Shown here: piece after piece, positions 48,701 to 62,350 of the stretch
How positions within the stretch are numbered: position 1 is the stretch's first letter
How the letters are laid out: every line of letters begins with the position of its first letter
DNA from: Octopus vulgaris
Lineage: Eukaryota
Assembly: GCA_951406725.2 (NCBI GenBank)
Contig: OX597818.1
Coordinates: 41,974,001 to 42,038,000 of the forward strand
Direction of reading: 5' to 3'
DNA length: 64,000 bases
Position numbers and translations under genes: made by a program
Notes under the pieces: model-generated
Seen by the model: only the letters and a program-made list of their open reading frames with translations
Databases searched by the model: none
What the model was told of the DNA's origin: nothing

Positions 48701-51700
48701 TTTCCATTACTGCATATACTTTACATTACTGCATATACTTTATACGCACTCTCTGACAAGTTGTGGTGCACCTGAGCACTATATACAATAATTTCATTAT
48801 TATTATTATCATTATTATTATTGTAAAAAAGAAAGAAAAAAATGATTAATAGGGATCGTGTATCACAGAAATGTCATGATGTAAAGTGTAAAGGGAGAAA
48901 CAAAATAAGGTTTATCCGTGGAAAGAAAAGACCACGGTAACCTTGGTCAATAATGTCACATGTTAATACATTTATTTGCAAGTAAGTAACTCTTTTAAAT
49001 TTTTCCGGGTTCATAGGATTATGCTCAAAGTGGCTTCGTCATTCATACGTGCCATCCTTGCTACATTCACCCATCTTTTTTTGAAGCATTCGCTTGACAA
49101 AACTTCCCTCTCTACTCTCACTTTCCTTTTCAAGAAGAATAAATTAAAAACGTCATTGATTGTGCAAACTGTCTCAGGGCTCCTTATCTCTCTGCAATGA
49201 ACAACCCTATATAATTATCACCTGCTGCACTAAGACACGTTTTTGAACCATCTACATAGTGAAACTTGTTTTTTGCTGCAGCAAACTTTAACCCTTATAG
49301 TTCGGGCAGCTATATACGAAATCACTCTCAATCACATTCAGCAACTTGAAGATTACTGTAATAGTCTTATCAGTTGCCATGATAGATCGTTAGCCACTAC
49401 ACACATTGTTTTTTCTGTGTCCCTTTCTGTAGAAGAGCGTAAGCTCGAAACGTAAAAGACTTTTTCGACTCCTGGGCGTTATACTAATACATCTGTTTGT
49501 TTTGTACACCACCTGTCTTTGTCTTTTGTTTTTTTCGTAAACTCTCCTTAAAAGTAGCATCTCTTCCTTTCAATTCAAAGAAGCATAACTTTGGCAGTTT
49601 CAGGTATATAGCAACTGTTCCAAAATTTGGTACAAAGCCAGCACTTCTAGGGGTGAGGGACAGTCGATTACAGCGACTTCACCATTCAACTTTCTTAGGT
49701 ATATAATATAAATAAATAAATATACTTGCAATGATGGGGAAATTAATTTTTTTTCACAGGGGAGGTAACTGTGATCCTTCCCAACTTAAGAGAGAAGGTT
49801 TGACCGAACGAGTAAGTGTAAAGCGCTCGCCTATTACTCCCTGTATACTGTACTTATTCTTGTGTAAGTTTTCTTTTTTAGAATTAAGTTATACTACTTT
49901 TTCAATCTAGTTACATCATTATATTTAACATATTCAGTCAATTAGAACAATTTTAAAAAATGGAGAAAGGAAAAAAAAATCAGTAAAAAAAAAATTGATT
50001 GTACACTTCCTCAGTTATGCATCATACCAAGGGCAACTGACGTTTCTCCACAAAAGGTTTTCAAACCCCAAACACAGCATTACTGCAGGTGATTACAAGG
50101 CTGAGGTACTGGAACAGCCAGATACCTTCCTGAGTATTCCCTGATATGTCAGTGAAGTGGGATGCTAATTAAGTCAAAAGACTTGTTTCTGTGGTTACAC
50201 TGTATAAAAACAACAAAAATGACAGGAAAATAAAGTAGATAATCGTGTACCATGTCCATTGTATCATTTTGTCTTCACACATATTTCTCACTATGTGCTT
50301 AAAGGAGATCACTTTCCATGGAAATGGATAAACAGTGGAGTTTTAATTCCACAGCATGAATGCAAGAATTACTTTTTGGGGACTTGGTAGGTAGTTTGCT
50401 CGAAAAGAAGACATTGAGCAGTGTTACAAGTGACATAAAATAGCTTGAAACAAAACACCATACATGTTGGAAGATGCAAATTTATAACCAGTGATCAAAA
50501 CTCACATTACTTTATCTACTCGGAATACAGAAGTGAACATGTATGCATAGGCATATGTATGGTTAACAAAAATTTTTAAATGACCAAGTGTAACTTACCA
50601 TCTTTATTACAGACCAGAGGACCACCGCTATCTCCTTGGCAGCTGTCTGGACCACCTTCGATGTAGCCTGCACATATCATACGTGGAGTAATACTGTTCT
50701 TGTACAGTGATTTACATAGAGATGCTTTAATTAATGGAACAGTAGCTGCCTTGAGAATTGATGGATATGCTGTCGATAAAAAATGTATACTTTGTAAAGA
50801 CACAACGAAATAATCATAAAGTAAACATCATCATCATCATCATTTAACGTCCGCTTTCCATGCTAGCATGGGTTGGACGATTTTGACTGAGGGCTGGCAA
50901 ACCAGATGGCTGCACCAAGCTCCAATCTTGATCTGGCAGAGTTTCTATAGCTGGATGCCCTTCCTAATGCCAACCACTCTGAGAGTGTAGTGGGTGCTTT
51001 TACGTGCCACCGGCACGTGGGCCAGTCAGGCGGTACTGGCAATGGGCACACACAAATCTTTTTACATGTACCACCGGCACAGGTGCCAGTGGAGCGACGT
51101 TGGTAACGATCACGCTCAAATGGTGCCCTTTTATGTGCCAAGGGTACGGAAGCCAGTTGGCTGCTCTGGCAACGATCACGCTCGGATGGTGCTCTTGACA
51201 CCCTACTAGCTGGTAATGATCACACTCGAATAGCTGCTCTGTCAATGATCACACTAGTATGGTGCTCTTTGCACCCCGCTAGCACGGATGCCAGTCATCG
51301 AATTTGATTTTGATTTCACTTGCCTCAACAGGTCTTTGCAAGCAGAGTTTAGTGACCAAAGAAGGAAAGGGTATGCATAAGTGGGCTGGTTACACTCTTG
51401 GCATAGGCCACGGGTTATGGTCTCATTTGGCTTGCCGGGTCTTTATAAATGATTTAATATATGCACAAGGATGATATTTACAAAGTAATCGGTATAGCTG
51501 ATTGATTCAGCCTCTGCGCATGACAAATATTTATTTTACTGATGCCAGAAGAGTGAAAAGCAAAGTTGATACTGATAGGATTTGAGCTCAGAACATAGTA
51601 AACTAAGTACCAAAAATCATTTAGCCTAGCACTCCCTTCTGTAACATTTTATTTGCAATTATGAAATTTTCAATAAACAACAACTAAATACATCTAGTAA

Positions 51701-54700
51701 ATTGATGATGCCAGCAATAAACAAACTGGTGACATCGATAATAAACTGATCAGTAAAGGTTTTTCAAAGCCCATTATTAAGAAGCCATTAATCTTTTGTC
51801 TCTCTATTCCTGTCTCTTTCTCCCCCTCTCTTCTTCACTCTTCCTATTTGCATTTTTATATTTCTGTGTGTGCTAAAACAGGCTGAATGTCCAGTCAGTC
51901 TTGTCAAATTGGCAGCATTCAAACAGCTGCATGAAATCATCTGCTGCTGTTCAAGAAGTTTGTCTGCGGCCTATGAAACCTGATGCTGTTTGGTTTTAGG
52001 CTATTAAATGCTAACCAAGAACCTGAAATAATAAATCTGTAATGTTAAAATATATTATAATGATAATAACACTACCTTTTCCTGTGTTTCCCCATCCAGA
52101 AATATGACATCTTTCACCTTCAAAATATGTTGTGTTCTTGTCTGGCAAACAGGCTGGTTGTACATAATCATTGAAAACAATTCCATTTACCCTTCCTATT
52201 TGGCTCTATTTTAATTAGAGCGATATCATAATCATATGAGTTATCTGAAATAGTAGGATGTGGTATTATATTAATATGGAAATCTGCTATTTCAAACAAA
52301 TAATTTTACAATTTTACGTTGACAAAAATTTTACAGAATTTTCACATATTGAAATTATACTTGTCTAGCAAGAGACTTGGTTTGAAACTGTGTTGAAACT
52401 GAAGCAATTACATTGGGGGAGAGCGATTCTAGGCATTTAATAACACAAATTTTTACAAATAATTTATTTCAAAATATTTGTTATGTAACTACAGCACTAT
52501 TTATTGCACAGCTGCACTGCAATTTTACAATCTAACGTAAAGACTAAGATAATTACAAATGGTAAAAATGCTGTGAATAATAGCAGGATATTTTATTCTC
52601 CATTTCTTCAAAGCCAAAAGGAAAAGGAAAAAAATTCTTAAAGATTGTTTCATTGTTAAGAATTAAATGCATTAAACCACAAGATGAAAGAATAGGTATA
52701 AAAGAGGGTGATTCAATGACTAAGTTGTACAACTCACAGGTTTGGTCAGTGAGCCAGCAAGAGAACAGAAGTTTGCAATTGTTTTTCCTTTACCTGTTAG
52801 AAATAGCAGTCAAGTCTATTCAATGACACCATTTTGTCTTTCAAATAAATAAATAAAAACAAAAAGAAACACACAGATGGCAGTGTAGTCCTAGATGGAT
52901 AAAACGAGGATGTTATCATTGCTGGAATGTCCTTTGATCACAGATCTTTTCAAGCGAGGCTGGATGAACAACAACAACAACGGTCAGCTGAAAGTTCAGC
53001 TCATTAGTAGAAGTCTGTGAGGCAGTTATTGATTACACTGTGCTCATCTGCTACTTACAGGTAAGTTGAGTGAAGTGCTGAAAGTTAAATGGACATAGCA
53101 CAGAAGCACAGAAACATATGAGAGAATACAAACTGCTGAGACTTCACACAGAAATACTTTTAGCATTATTTATGATTATGATTTATATCAGTCACGATCA
53201 ACCTGTGGCCCATGGGACTTTCTGAATGGCATGCCTAAAGAAAAATTACTTTGAATTTTCTAGGAGTGAGGCCTGCCTTGTTTCTTGAGGCCCACTATTC
53301 AAAAATGGTTGCCCATTCCTGATTTTTATAATCATTTCTGTGTAATTAACAATAATCAACTAAATATTTGACAGCCAAAACAAGTCAAATTATTTTGAAC
53401 CTAGCTGAGTGTAATTAATCAACAAATGAATGAACATGCAACTGCAGAAAACTACTTACCATCATATCTAGGATGAGTTACTAGTTCAGCAACTTTGAAA
53501 GTTTGTTCATATTTATCCCAGACCTTATTGCTATGATCTCCTACTTTGACGATTAGGCCTTCTTTCTTTTTGCCCCTGTTAAACAAATTTCAACTTGGAG
53601 CAATTATTAAACCAAAAGAAGCAAATAATCCAATTCATTACTGTGTTGTTTTTTAGAGTTTTTAATAAATATCCATTTTATTTTAGTTGTTCGGAATGTA
53701 GAATGGTTGTTATAATATTTTACCTTCTATCTTTTTAATTGTTTCTGTCCCTGGACTGTGACCATGCTGGAGCAGCACCTTGAAGGGTTTTAAGTCTGGC
53801 ACTTATTCTAGCAGACTCTTTTGCTGAACTGTTAAGTTATGAGGATGTAAATAAACCAACACCAGTTTTATCAAGTGATAATAGTAAGGACAAAAACAGA
53901 CCACCCACACACACATACAATTGACTTCTACACAGTCTCCATCAATCAAATTCACTCACAAAGCATTAACTGGCCTAGAGCTATAGGAGAAGACATATGC
54001 TGAGGGTACCCAAGGAACTGAACCCATAACCATGTGGTTGCAAAGAGAGCTTCTTAACCTTACAGCTATGCCTGTAACTATAATATTTGTTTTATGTAAA
54101 AATATTTCTGTCTCTAACTTGAATATATTACTTGATCCAAACCTGCAATGCAGCAGTGTATGAGACCAATAACATCTTGCGGTTCCCATTTAGTGAGATC
54201 ACTGAAGAATTTAAGGTCTCTTGAATAAGTGAAATCCTATAATACAGAAACTCCAGGGACCAAAATGTGTCAACTGGCATCAACAAACCTTCACATCTGA
54301 GGCAAGAGTATGACACTTTTATACTTGTTTTACTCTGAAAGAAGATTTTATCCCATCTCCTCAGTATCTGCCCAAAAAGCTATCACTAATTCTATGACCA
54401 AAGAAAGGCTGAAAGTGGTCACTCTGAGAAACCAAAGAAATCAATTAGATTTGTTGAACCTCTGACTGGCAACTGTATGTCATGTCACTGCTCTGGTTAG
54501 ACATGATCATCATCCTTAAAGTGACAGAACCACTGATAATGTTGGAGTTTAAAGTGTCCCGGAGAAAGCATATTGAGGAAGTCATGAGAGGAAATGTGCA
54601 AAGCAACAAGAATTGGTGAAGTGCTATGACAGAGATTGGAAAATATTAAAAACTTAATGTGCACTTGCTAACTTTATCAGTTAAAGCCTTCAAAGGGGTA

Positions 54701-56222
54701 GCCCAGCATGGTTGCAGTCCAGTGACTGAAACAAGTAAACAAATATATACATAAATTTATATATATCAATCTTGCATATGATACTTAATGTGGATGTATT
54801 GTAAGAATGCCATAATACTGTGGTAGTCATCTTGAGAAAGCATCTTGTATACACTTTTAGTGGTAAAAAGCACAGAAATATCATCAGTGGACCAAAAAAT
54901 GCCCAGCACTACCAGTGAAACTGACAGATCATAGGACTTTTGATCATTCAAATACTGATGAAAACTTTTACTAGTATCGTAAATGATAATGAAATGTGGG
55001 TGAACAGCTATGATTGCAATAACAAAAAGCAAAAACACCTCAGATTTGCTCAAATGGAATTTGATAGTGATCACCTGTTTTTATTGGAAGGGTGATGTTC
55101 ATCATGAATTTATTCCAAATGATCAATAAAGAGTTTTACTTGGATACCCTGAGGCATTTATGAAAGGCAGTGTGAAGAGAGAGGCCTCAGGCATGGGCAA
55201 ATAAAATCTGGATGATGCATTACACTGCACCATCTTAGAAGTCACTCCTTACCTGTGACTTTGATAAAATGCAAAATGTCACATGACTTCCAGATATCCC
55301 ACTTTCTAGATTTAGCCTTTGTGGACTTTTTATTCTGAAAGTCAAAATTCAATGTAAATTTCATATATATTAATGATTACAATACCCAATGTGTACATTT
55401 TCTTTTATGACAGAAGGGTGTGATTTGAAGGAATTTGGTGGTTATTTCTGGCAAATTAACTGACCACATAGATTAGAGATGGCTTTTCAAATTTATTTTA
55501 ACTGTTGTTGGTGCCAATAAAATGTACATTTAAATATTATAACTAATATAAACACTCTTTTATTTATGTATATAAATTCATGATTTTCTTAATGGAAAAC
55601 AAATTTTCTTTAAAAATAATGCATTAAAAAATATATCCACATGTCACTAGTGTTAAGACTCACAAAAAATACAAATGCAGTTTGATCATTTCAAGCAAGA
55701 ATGATAATGGTGTAATATTTTTCTTGCGGAAATTTCAAAAAATTTTAAAAACAATTTTTTTCTTTTTAATAATCTTTCAGTAAATTTTTTTCAGAGATGA
55801 AAAAAATAACACTTCATGATTTATAACAATGATGTTAAATACTATTTGTTATTGCTCATTTAACAAAAGAACAATAGAATGTCAATTATATCATCATTCA
55901 TGCAATTGTGTTAATTAGATGATGTAGTAAGTTAAATTCAGTCTCTTGATTAGCAAAACATATGCAAAAAAACCATATCATGAATTATATTTTAAAAATA
56001 GAATTAATAGAAACCTTCTCTCTACAACTTACATTACACAATGTGCTGCTGTAATGACCCAAAATTCACCAATTACACTGGCCCCACAGTGATGGAGCCT
56101 ACCCCAAAACCAACTTCTAAAGATCCTTGCTTGCCAGGGATAAGCTCCTTCTATAGCCCTCACACCACCAGTAATACGTTGTGATCTTTGTTTGATAGGT
56201 CTCCGGCCACATTTTAAGTTAT
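45651..56222 (-). CDS. Trypsin-family (S1A) serine protease, neurotrypsin-like catalytic domain; 5' exons not identified; +1 frameshift in the third exon as sequenced
   Basis: Exons 56222-56033, 53575-53460, 52244-52076, 50769-50599, 45778-45651. Motifs: CGRRP...R^[61 protein letters not shown]. Confidence 0.9.
46500..47650 (-). mobile_element. Highly degraded LINE (endonuclease-to-RT region)
   Basis: Minus-strand patches such as [13 protein letters not shown], a WKL-like segment and [13 protein letters not shown] resemble an RTE ORF. Confidence 0.5.
48460..48825 (+). mobile_element. CR1/L2-type LINE 3' end
   Basis: [17 protein letters not shown]...SFK C-terminal signature, (ATT)n tail. Confidence 0.75.
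49200..49550 (+). mobile_element. Penelope-like terminal fragment with a minimal hammerhead-like motif
   Basis: CTGTAGA-A-GAGC-GTAA-GCTC-GAAA-CGTA at 49427-49454. Confidence 0.5.
50599..50769 (-). CDS. Serine protease exon (catalytic Ser)
   Basis: gacag|[14 protein letters not shown]...[28 protein letters not shown]|gtaagt. Confidence 0.93.
50826..51443 (-). mobile_element. RTE-tail repeat (long)
   Basis: Reverse-complement homology to 42255-42915. Confidence 0.85.
52076..52244 (-). CDS. Serine protease exon (catalytic Asp), frameshifted
   Basis: ttcag|[14 protein letters not shown] then +1 shift to [41 protein letters not shown]|gtagtg; 169 nt where a multiple of 3 is required. Confidence 0.85.
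53189..53321. mobile_element. Small hAT-type MITE
   Basis: CAG..CAACC / GGTTG..CTG ends; near-identical 8-bp flanks ATTTATAT / ATTTTTAT. Confidence 0.55.
53460..53575 (-). CDS. Serine protease exon
   Basis: aacag|[38 protein letters not shown]|gtaagt. Confidence 0.9.
54130..54645 (+). mobile_element. Degraded HERO-type retrotransposon fragment
   Basis: [29 protein letters not shown], homologous to the element at 2120. Confidence 0.55.
55040..55345 (+). mobile_element. Degraded mariner transposase fragment
   Basis: [41 protein letters not shown]. Confidence 0.7.
56033..56222 (-). CDS. Serine protease exon (activation site, catalytic His)
   Basis: tttag|[31 protein letters not shown]...[19 protein letters not shown]|gtaagt. 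Confidence 0.92.
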
Positions 56223-56579
56223 CTAAAGGAAGAAGAATGAAAGAAATTCCAAGAAACTATCAAACTGTCAATATTGCTATTGTTTCTTATAATATTTTGT
56301 TTTCTAAATGGCCAGAAATATTTTAAGCATTTCCATACTTCCTTCTCTCAGTTTTTTTTTTTTATCGCAATTGGATTTTTCAAAGAAATTACTGCTTTAT
56401 TAAATCTCCATATATATATATATATATAATTTAGTAAACATAGGATTTTAAAATGAGCTTCTCTGAGTCTCATGCTCCAATAGCAGAGTAATCAGATAAG
56501 CTTGTATAGCATGCCATGTATTTACCCTGCAATCATTCAGGCTCAAAAAGGAACAAGTGTATATATATGTATTAGCATA

Positions 56580-56584
<5 letters not shown>

Positions 56585-56656
<72 letters not shown>

Positions 56657-56660
56657 TATG

Positions 56661-56698
<38 letters not shown>

Positions 56699-56722
56699 TA
56701 TGTATGTATATATATGTATATA
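56585..56722. repeat. (TA)n microsatellite
   Basis: Direct reading. Confidence 0.95.
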
Positions 56723-57099
56723 TAAACATCTATTTATCTCTATGTGTGTGTATATTGGTCAGTTATCTATAAGTCAGAATAAAAGCTCAGTCTATAAGAA
56801 ATTTTTGAGCAGTTATACTTTTATGTATTCAAGTAGTATATATATATCCTTGGTCATGGCATGTAACCGATCAGAAAGTTACCATTGGTTTCCTGTCTAC
56901 AGCTGCACAGAGTAATATAGATGACTCATCAGACATACTGGCCTGAAGCACATAGACTTATTACTGATCGAGTAAATACACAATCTTAGTCAGTTTGGTG
57001 GTGTAAAAAAAAAAAAATTCCTTTCTGAGAGGAAAAGTAGAGTTGCCTCCCTTTGTTAGATTCCAACTATAACCAAAGTTGGTCAACTGTGCTTTCATA

Positions 57100-57560
57100 C
57101 ATATTTTAGATTCTTTAGTCTGCAAATGGGGAAAACTACAACGAATTTTCTGTCATAAGGGCAGCAGCTAAAACTTCAACATTTTGAATTCAAGAAGGTA
57201 CCCAACAAAGTTTTCATTGTATTTCCATTGAGGTATGGCTTAGATTGCTCCAACAGCTTCCAGCTATTTTTATATGGCATTCCTCCTCTTTTAATTGCCA
57301 TATATAGCTAATGTAATGTTTTGCTTCTTTGGGATCCTAAAAGAGGACCTGTGGTTATTTAGCCTGACCTTCAAAGGACCCTCCATTATGCTAACATATT
57401 TCTCTGTGTGTCCTGTTGTTGCTGCCACTACTGTTGGATACCACCTCTGCTTCATAAACCACAGCCTCAGTGTTGCATTGATCATTCATAGGGCATTCCC
57501 CACAATCCTATATGAGCATCCTACTTCTGCATGGGGTAAGATGCTAACTAATGCATTTTT
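57100..57560 (-). mobile_element. Penelope-like GIY-YIG endonuclease remnant
   Basis: EKYVSIMEGPLKVRLNNHRSSF...LAIY, followed by a WKLLE-like segment. Confidence 0.55.
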
Positions 57561-58148
57561 TACATTAGGTGTACAACTACACAAAATCCTTAAGTTATGT
57601 TTATTGAATAACTTCCTATATCAATTGTGTTGGTATACACACACATGCACACATTTGCATACTGTGGCACACTGCACACACATGAAAATAATCTGTATTG
57701 CAATCATGCAAAAAGTGAAACAGTAACATCCATGCCAAAATTAATTGTAAAATTGTAGATGATGAACAATGAAATCTGCTTCAAGTATTTGTTGCATAAA
57801 TACTTCCCCAACATTATAAAAATAATTAGATAAGAAACCTCAAAAAAGTAGTTGTGGAGAAATATAATATTTCTCTATATTCTTAGATCAAATAATTTAT
57901 CTCAAAAAGTATGGTGAAAATATATAATCCATATAACAATGAATTTGCCTTGTGAAAATATTGAGTAGAATCTTTTATAGCATAGCAAAATAAAAGACTA
58001 ATCATAGTTTTGTATTCATATATCCTTACTGGTATGGATTAGACATACATACGTTTTACTAGAAGCTACTTATAATTTGGAGCCAGATATTCCAAGTCAA
58101 ACAAAATAAGGTGATTGGCTGGAGGAAGACTATAGAGTTTATACTTAA

Positions 58149-58360
58149 CCCTTTCATTACTGTATTTATTTTGAGATGCTCTGTATTTCTTTTAATTATT
58201 TTAAATAAAACAAAGAATTTAGTAAAATAACTTAGTTATCATTAAACTAGTGTTAGGAACCTAAATTTTGACTAAGGTTTGGTGAAAAATTTTAATTCAA
58301 AACTTAGATATTTGTACTACAGAGCCAGAGCCGGTTTCAGTCGGGTTGGTAATGAAAGGG
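58149..58360. mobile_element. piggyBac-type MITE
   Basis: TTAA|CCCTTTCATTAC ... GTAATGAAAGGG|TTAA. Confidence 0.88.
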
Positions 58361-59049
58361 TTAAGAAGAATGCTTAGCATAAATATTTGAAGACTAATAA
58401 AACTTGTCAGTGAATAATTAATGTTTATCAAAATAAACTGGAATCTTTCTTGATGACAATTTTGAAAAGGAAGATTTTGAATCAAACAATGGAAGGATGA
58501 ATATAAACAATGAAGAGAGAAAAATAATCTTTTTAGAATTATAAAAAGTTCAGCTATGCATTAATGTTAATCAGTAGCTACAAAAGAAACAAGACAAAAT
58601 ATATATCATTAAAGTACAAATTGCTAGTGGGCATATATAAATATTTCCCAAATAACCAATATATAAATTGATCAGCAAAGGCAAGAGTAAATACTGGTTG
58701 GTTATGGCCCCTAATTAAAAAATGGGGTTCCTTCAAAGGATCTCTAAGTAACATTACGCAACAAGGTGAGTAGGTCAGAGATCAAGGAGTTTTTCCAGGT
58801 TGAACTGCTACATCTCTGCATTGAGAGGTCACACCTTTGGTACCATGGACATGTGATTAGAATACCCAAAGACAGAATCACAGGATGGATTCTTGAAGCT
58901 GAGGCAATTAGCAGAAGACCTAAGGGTATATAACAATTGATAATGATTTCATACAAAACTGTTTAATGCAAGACATCAGTTTCTTTTCAAAATATAAAAC
59001 CAGATAATGTATATACTGAATCCAACAAGATTTAAAAATAGCAAAATCG

Positions 59050-61695
59050 AAGTTTCTCAAATAAGTACTTTGAAAAAAAGATTGAAAAATTATCAGACTG
59101 TGATGAGATCCTGGTTAGTTTACTCATAGAGCAAGCTCTTTTCTAAATGCCAAATATCACTTACAACGGGTGAGTTTACTGATTGGATAAATATGCTCAG
59201 AACTCTTGAAAATCATGAAGACAGCACGGAACATAACGACGATATTGAGCTGGCTAACACGAAATAAAAACACTGTGGATCAGCAACTTGAGGAACAGTT
59301 GAGAATGAAGTACTAAAAAGAGTTTTAGCAGGTTTTTAAGTGAAAGAGGTTTAGCATTTAGAGGTCACAAGGAAAAGTGGGGCTCCCCAAACAATGGAGA
59401 TTTCATGGGGGCTATTGAGCTTATTGTGGAGTTTGGCCCATTTTTACATGAACATTTAGAGAAATGTAAAATTGAAAAAGTAAACATTACTTATCTATCC
59501 AAATCTGTGTGTGAAGAATTGATAGAAATCATGGGAAAACATATGAAAGATGAAGTGGTGAATCAGATCAACAACCTAGACACCAAATACTACTCAATTA
59601 TAGTTGGCTTCTCACCTGACGGGACAATGTTGACCAGCAGATAATTGTGGTTTGATATTGTTATAATGGAAAGCCATGTAAAAAATTTTTTGCATTTTTT
59701 CCACTAGAAAACCATTCATCCACGACCTTGTTCAACAAAATAACACAATTTCTAGGGGAGCATAAGCTTTCACTAGAAAATATCCATGGTCATCATCATC
59801 ATCATCATCATCGTTTAGCGTCCGTTTTCCATGCTAGCATGGGTTGGACGGTTCAACTGGGGTCTGTGAAGCCAGAAGGCTTCATCAGGCCCAGTCAGAT
59901 CTGGCAGTGTTTCTACGGCTGGATGCCCTTCCTAACGCCAACCACTCCGTGAGTGTAGTGGGTGCTTTTTACATGCCACCTGCACAGGCGCCAGACAGAG
60001 CTGGCAAACGGCCACAAACGGATGGTGCTTTTTATGTGCCACCGGCACGGGGGCCAGGCGAGGCTGGCAACGGACACGAACGGATGGTGCTTTTTATGTG
60101 ATGATAATGCTTCCAACATTAAAGGGCTCGGAGAATGGGCTGCAAGCACTTCTTAAAAACATTAACAGGTATGCAGATTGTGTACCATGTAGAAGCCATT
60201 CACTCAACCTTGTTTGGCAAAAGGCAGTGTCTACTGTACCTGAAGCTGTTGACTATTTTGGCATCTTGCAGCATCTGTATGTTTTCTTTTCTGAATCTCC
60301 TTGAAGATGGGGAATTTTGGACACTCAGGGCAATCTAGCTTTTTCTCAAAAGAGCTTAAGTGTAACTAGATGGTCTGCACACTATGAAGCAGTCCAAAAT
60401 GGATATAGGGATATTTTACAAACTCTCAAACATGTTTGAAAACTCAGAAGAGAAGTCTGAATGTAAGTGAGATGCAAAGTTGGTAAAATTGGAATATGCT
60501 GTTTTAACAGTCGTTTGGGAAGAAGTTATAGAACGTTTTAACAAAACAAGTAAGAAACTCCAAATCCTTGGTTCTGATGTATTTGAAGGTTACCTTCTGC
60601 TAGCATCTTTGCTTTCATTTGTTAAAGAACTATGAGAAAATTCAGCTGACAGAATTGCACACTATGAATCAGTAGCAAAAGGTTTATGTGAATATAACAC
60701 TTCAAATGATTCTGATGTTCCCAAATGCATTGTTACAAAGAAATTTGCAGATGGAACAAGTGAAAGGACCTTTTTTGAAAGGGGCTGAAAAATTTGAGAT
60801 AGTTTTAAATCAAGTCTATGACTGCTTGATAATCCAGTTAAGCAAGAGGATGGACCCATATGTGCAGATTGTGAAAAGGTTCAAGTTTCTCTCAGAATTG
60901 ATGAAGAATTCAGAATTTGATGAGAACAGTATCAAACTTATAATATCACATTACAAAGACGATATTGACCACAAATTAATAAATGATTGTTATCAGTTAG
61001 GAAATCCCAGAACACAGATGAAAACATACCATCTAAAATGCAATGCACAGAAGTTCTTCAGCTTATTTATGAGCAGCAATTAATTGAAGCGTCCTCTAAT
61101 ATTACCACGGTGCATAAGCTGTACTTGACAATGTCCATCACAAGCTGTGAAACAGAAAGGAGTTCCTCAAAGCTTTCCTTTGTTAAGAATAAATTTTGGT
61201 CTACCATGACTAAAAAGTACTTAAATTCCTTAAGTATATTGTCTCTAGAAAATGACATTGCAAGGAAGCTGTCATATGACAAAACTGTTGCTACAAAAAA
61301 AAAAAAGAAAAAGAATATTTTGTAATTTTCATATATATCTTAATGATGCATCATGCATGTATATAATGCTTCCCTAATTTTCAACCCCCATAACTCTAAA
61401 AATATAAGGCATAACCTGGAAAATATCTGTAGTGATCTGCCATGGAACAACCACATCGACAAAGATATCAGTGATTACCCACATCTCGTTTCTGGTGGAT
61501 AGAGGGCTCACTTTCAGACTCATTTTTAAGGACTCCACATCCCAACTCCTCCATTTAGGCTACCAGGGCCTGAAGCTGAAGCTGGAGTTCCTTGCAAGGG
61601 CATGAAAATTCTTTGACCATTGTCGGATGTTACCCTACTGATGCTGGTTGTAACATTTTAAGCTTCAGGGCTCCAATATTGTAGATCCACCACTG
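59050..61695 (+). mobile_element. Decayed hAT transposon (ZMYM1/DUF4371-like transposase pseudogene)
   Basis: LAFRGH..., NNGDFMGAIELIVEF, YLSKSVCEELI, YYSIIV, DNASNIKG, CVPCRSHSLNLV, LSVTRWSAHYEAV, LTMSITSCETERSSSKL; many stops and frameshifts; TIR-like end GATCCACCACTG at about 61695; left TIR not found. Confidence 0.88.
59791..60097 (-). mobile_element. RTE-tail repeat inserted in the hAT transposase
   Basis: Splits the ENIHG / DNASNIKG motif. Confidence 0.88.
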
Positions 61696-61987
61696 CCCAG
61701 AGAATCTTAAGAAGGTACTTTGTTTCTTCTAAAATCCCTCCCGCATTTACTTCTGCCATTACTGATATTTGGGGAAGGGGGGTCGGATGTTTGAGAGTCA
61801 GTCGAGACATATAATGAGATAAAAAATTTTATAAGATTTTAAAAAAATATGTATTGACAGAAGCCAAAGTAACACTGAGGCTTAATGGGTACACTTATCT
61901 ATGTGTTCTTGATGGTTAAACAACAGTAATACAGGTTGTAAATGATCTTTACACACACAGACACTCACATGCACATGCGCGCAAGGA

Positions 61988-61997
61988 CACACACACA

Positions 61998-62043
<46 letters not shown>
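61988..62043. repeat. (CA)n microsatellite
   Basis: Direct reading. Confidence 0.95.
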
Positions 62044-62045
<2 letters not shown>

Positions 62046-62276
62046 CACACTGTTGTTCTTATATAGTCCCAGCTCAGCTCAGCTTTGGTCAACCAGATTT
62101 ATAATCAGAGTGTTCCAGTTATGACCATCCTATTTTATTCTCAGACAACGAATCAAAGTGTCTATTTTATCCTATGTGTTCTTTATTTTAAAGATGTTAA
62201 GGTATAGTTTTGAAGGAATTTCACTGCTACATTTAACAGGTCAAATAAACATACAGGGATTTTCCCATTAACTTAT

Positions 62277-62350
62277 GATAGATAAATAGATAGATAGATA
62301 GATAGATAGATAGAGAGGGAGAGAGAGTGAGAGAGAGAGTAGGAGAGAGA
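62277..62350. repeat. (GATA)n/(GA)n compound microsatellite
   Basis: Direct reading. Confidence 0.9.

Noticed and set aside
56448-56915. Long YI-repeat ORFs
   Set aside because: These are translations of a (TA)n microsatellite.
59405-61325. Domesticated ZMYM1-like host gene
   Set aside because: Multiple stops, frameshifts and a retro-insertion mark it as a dead transposon.
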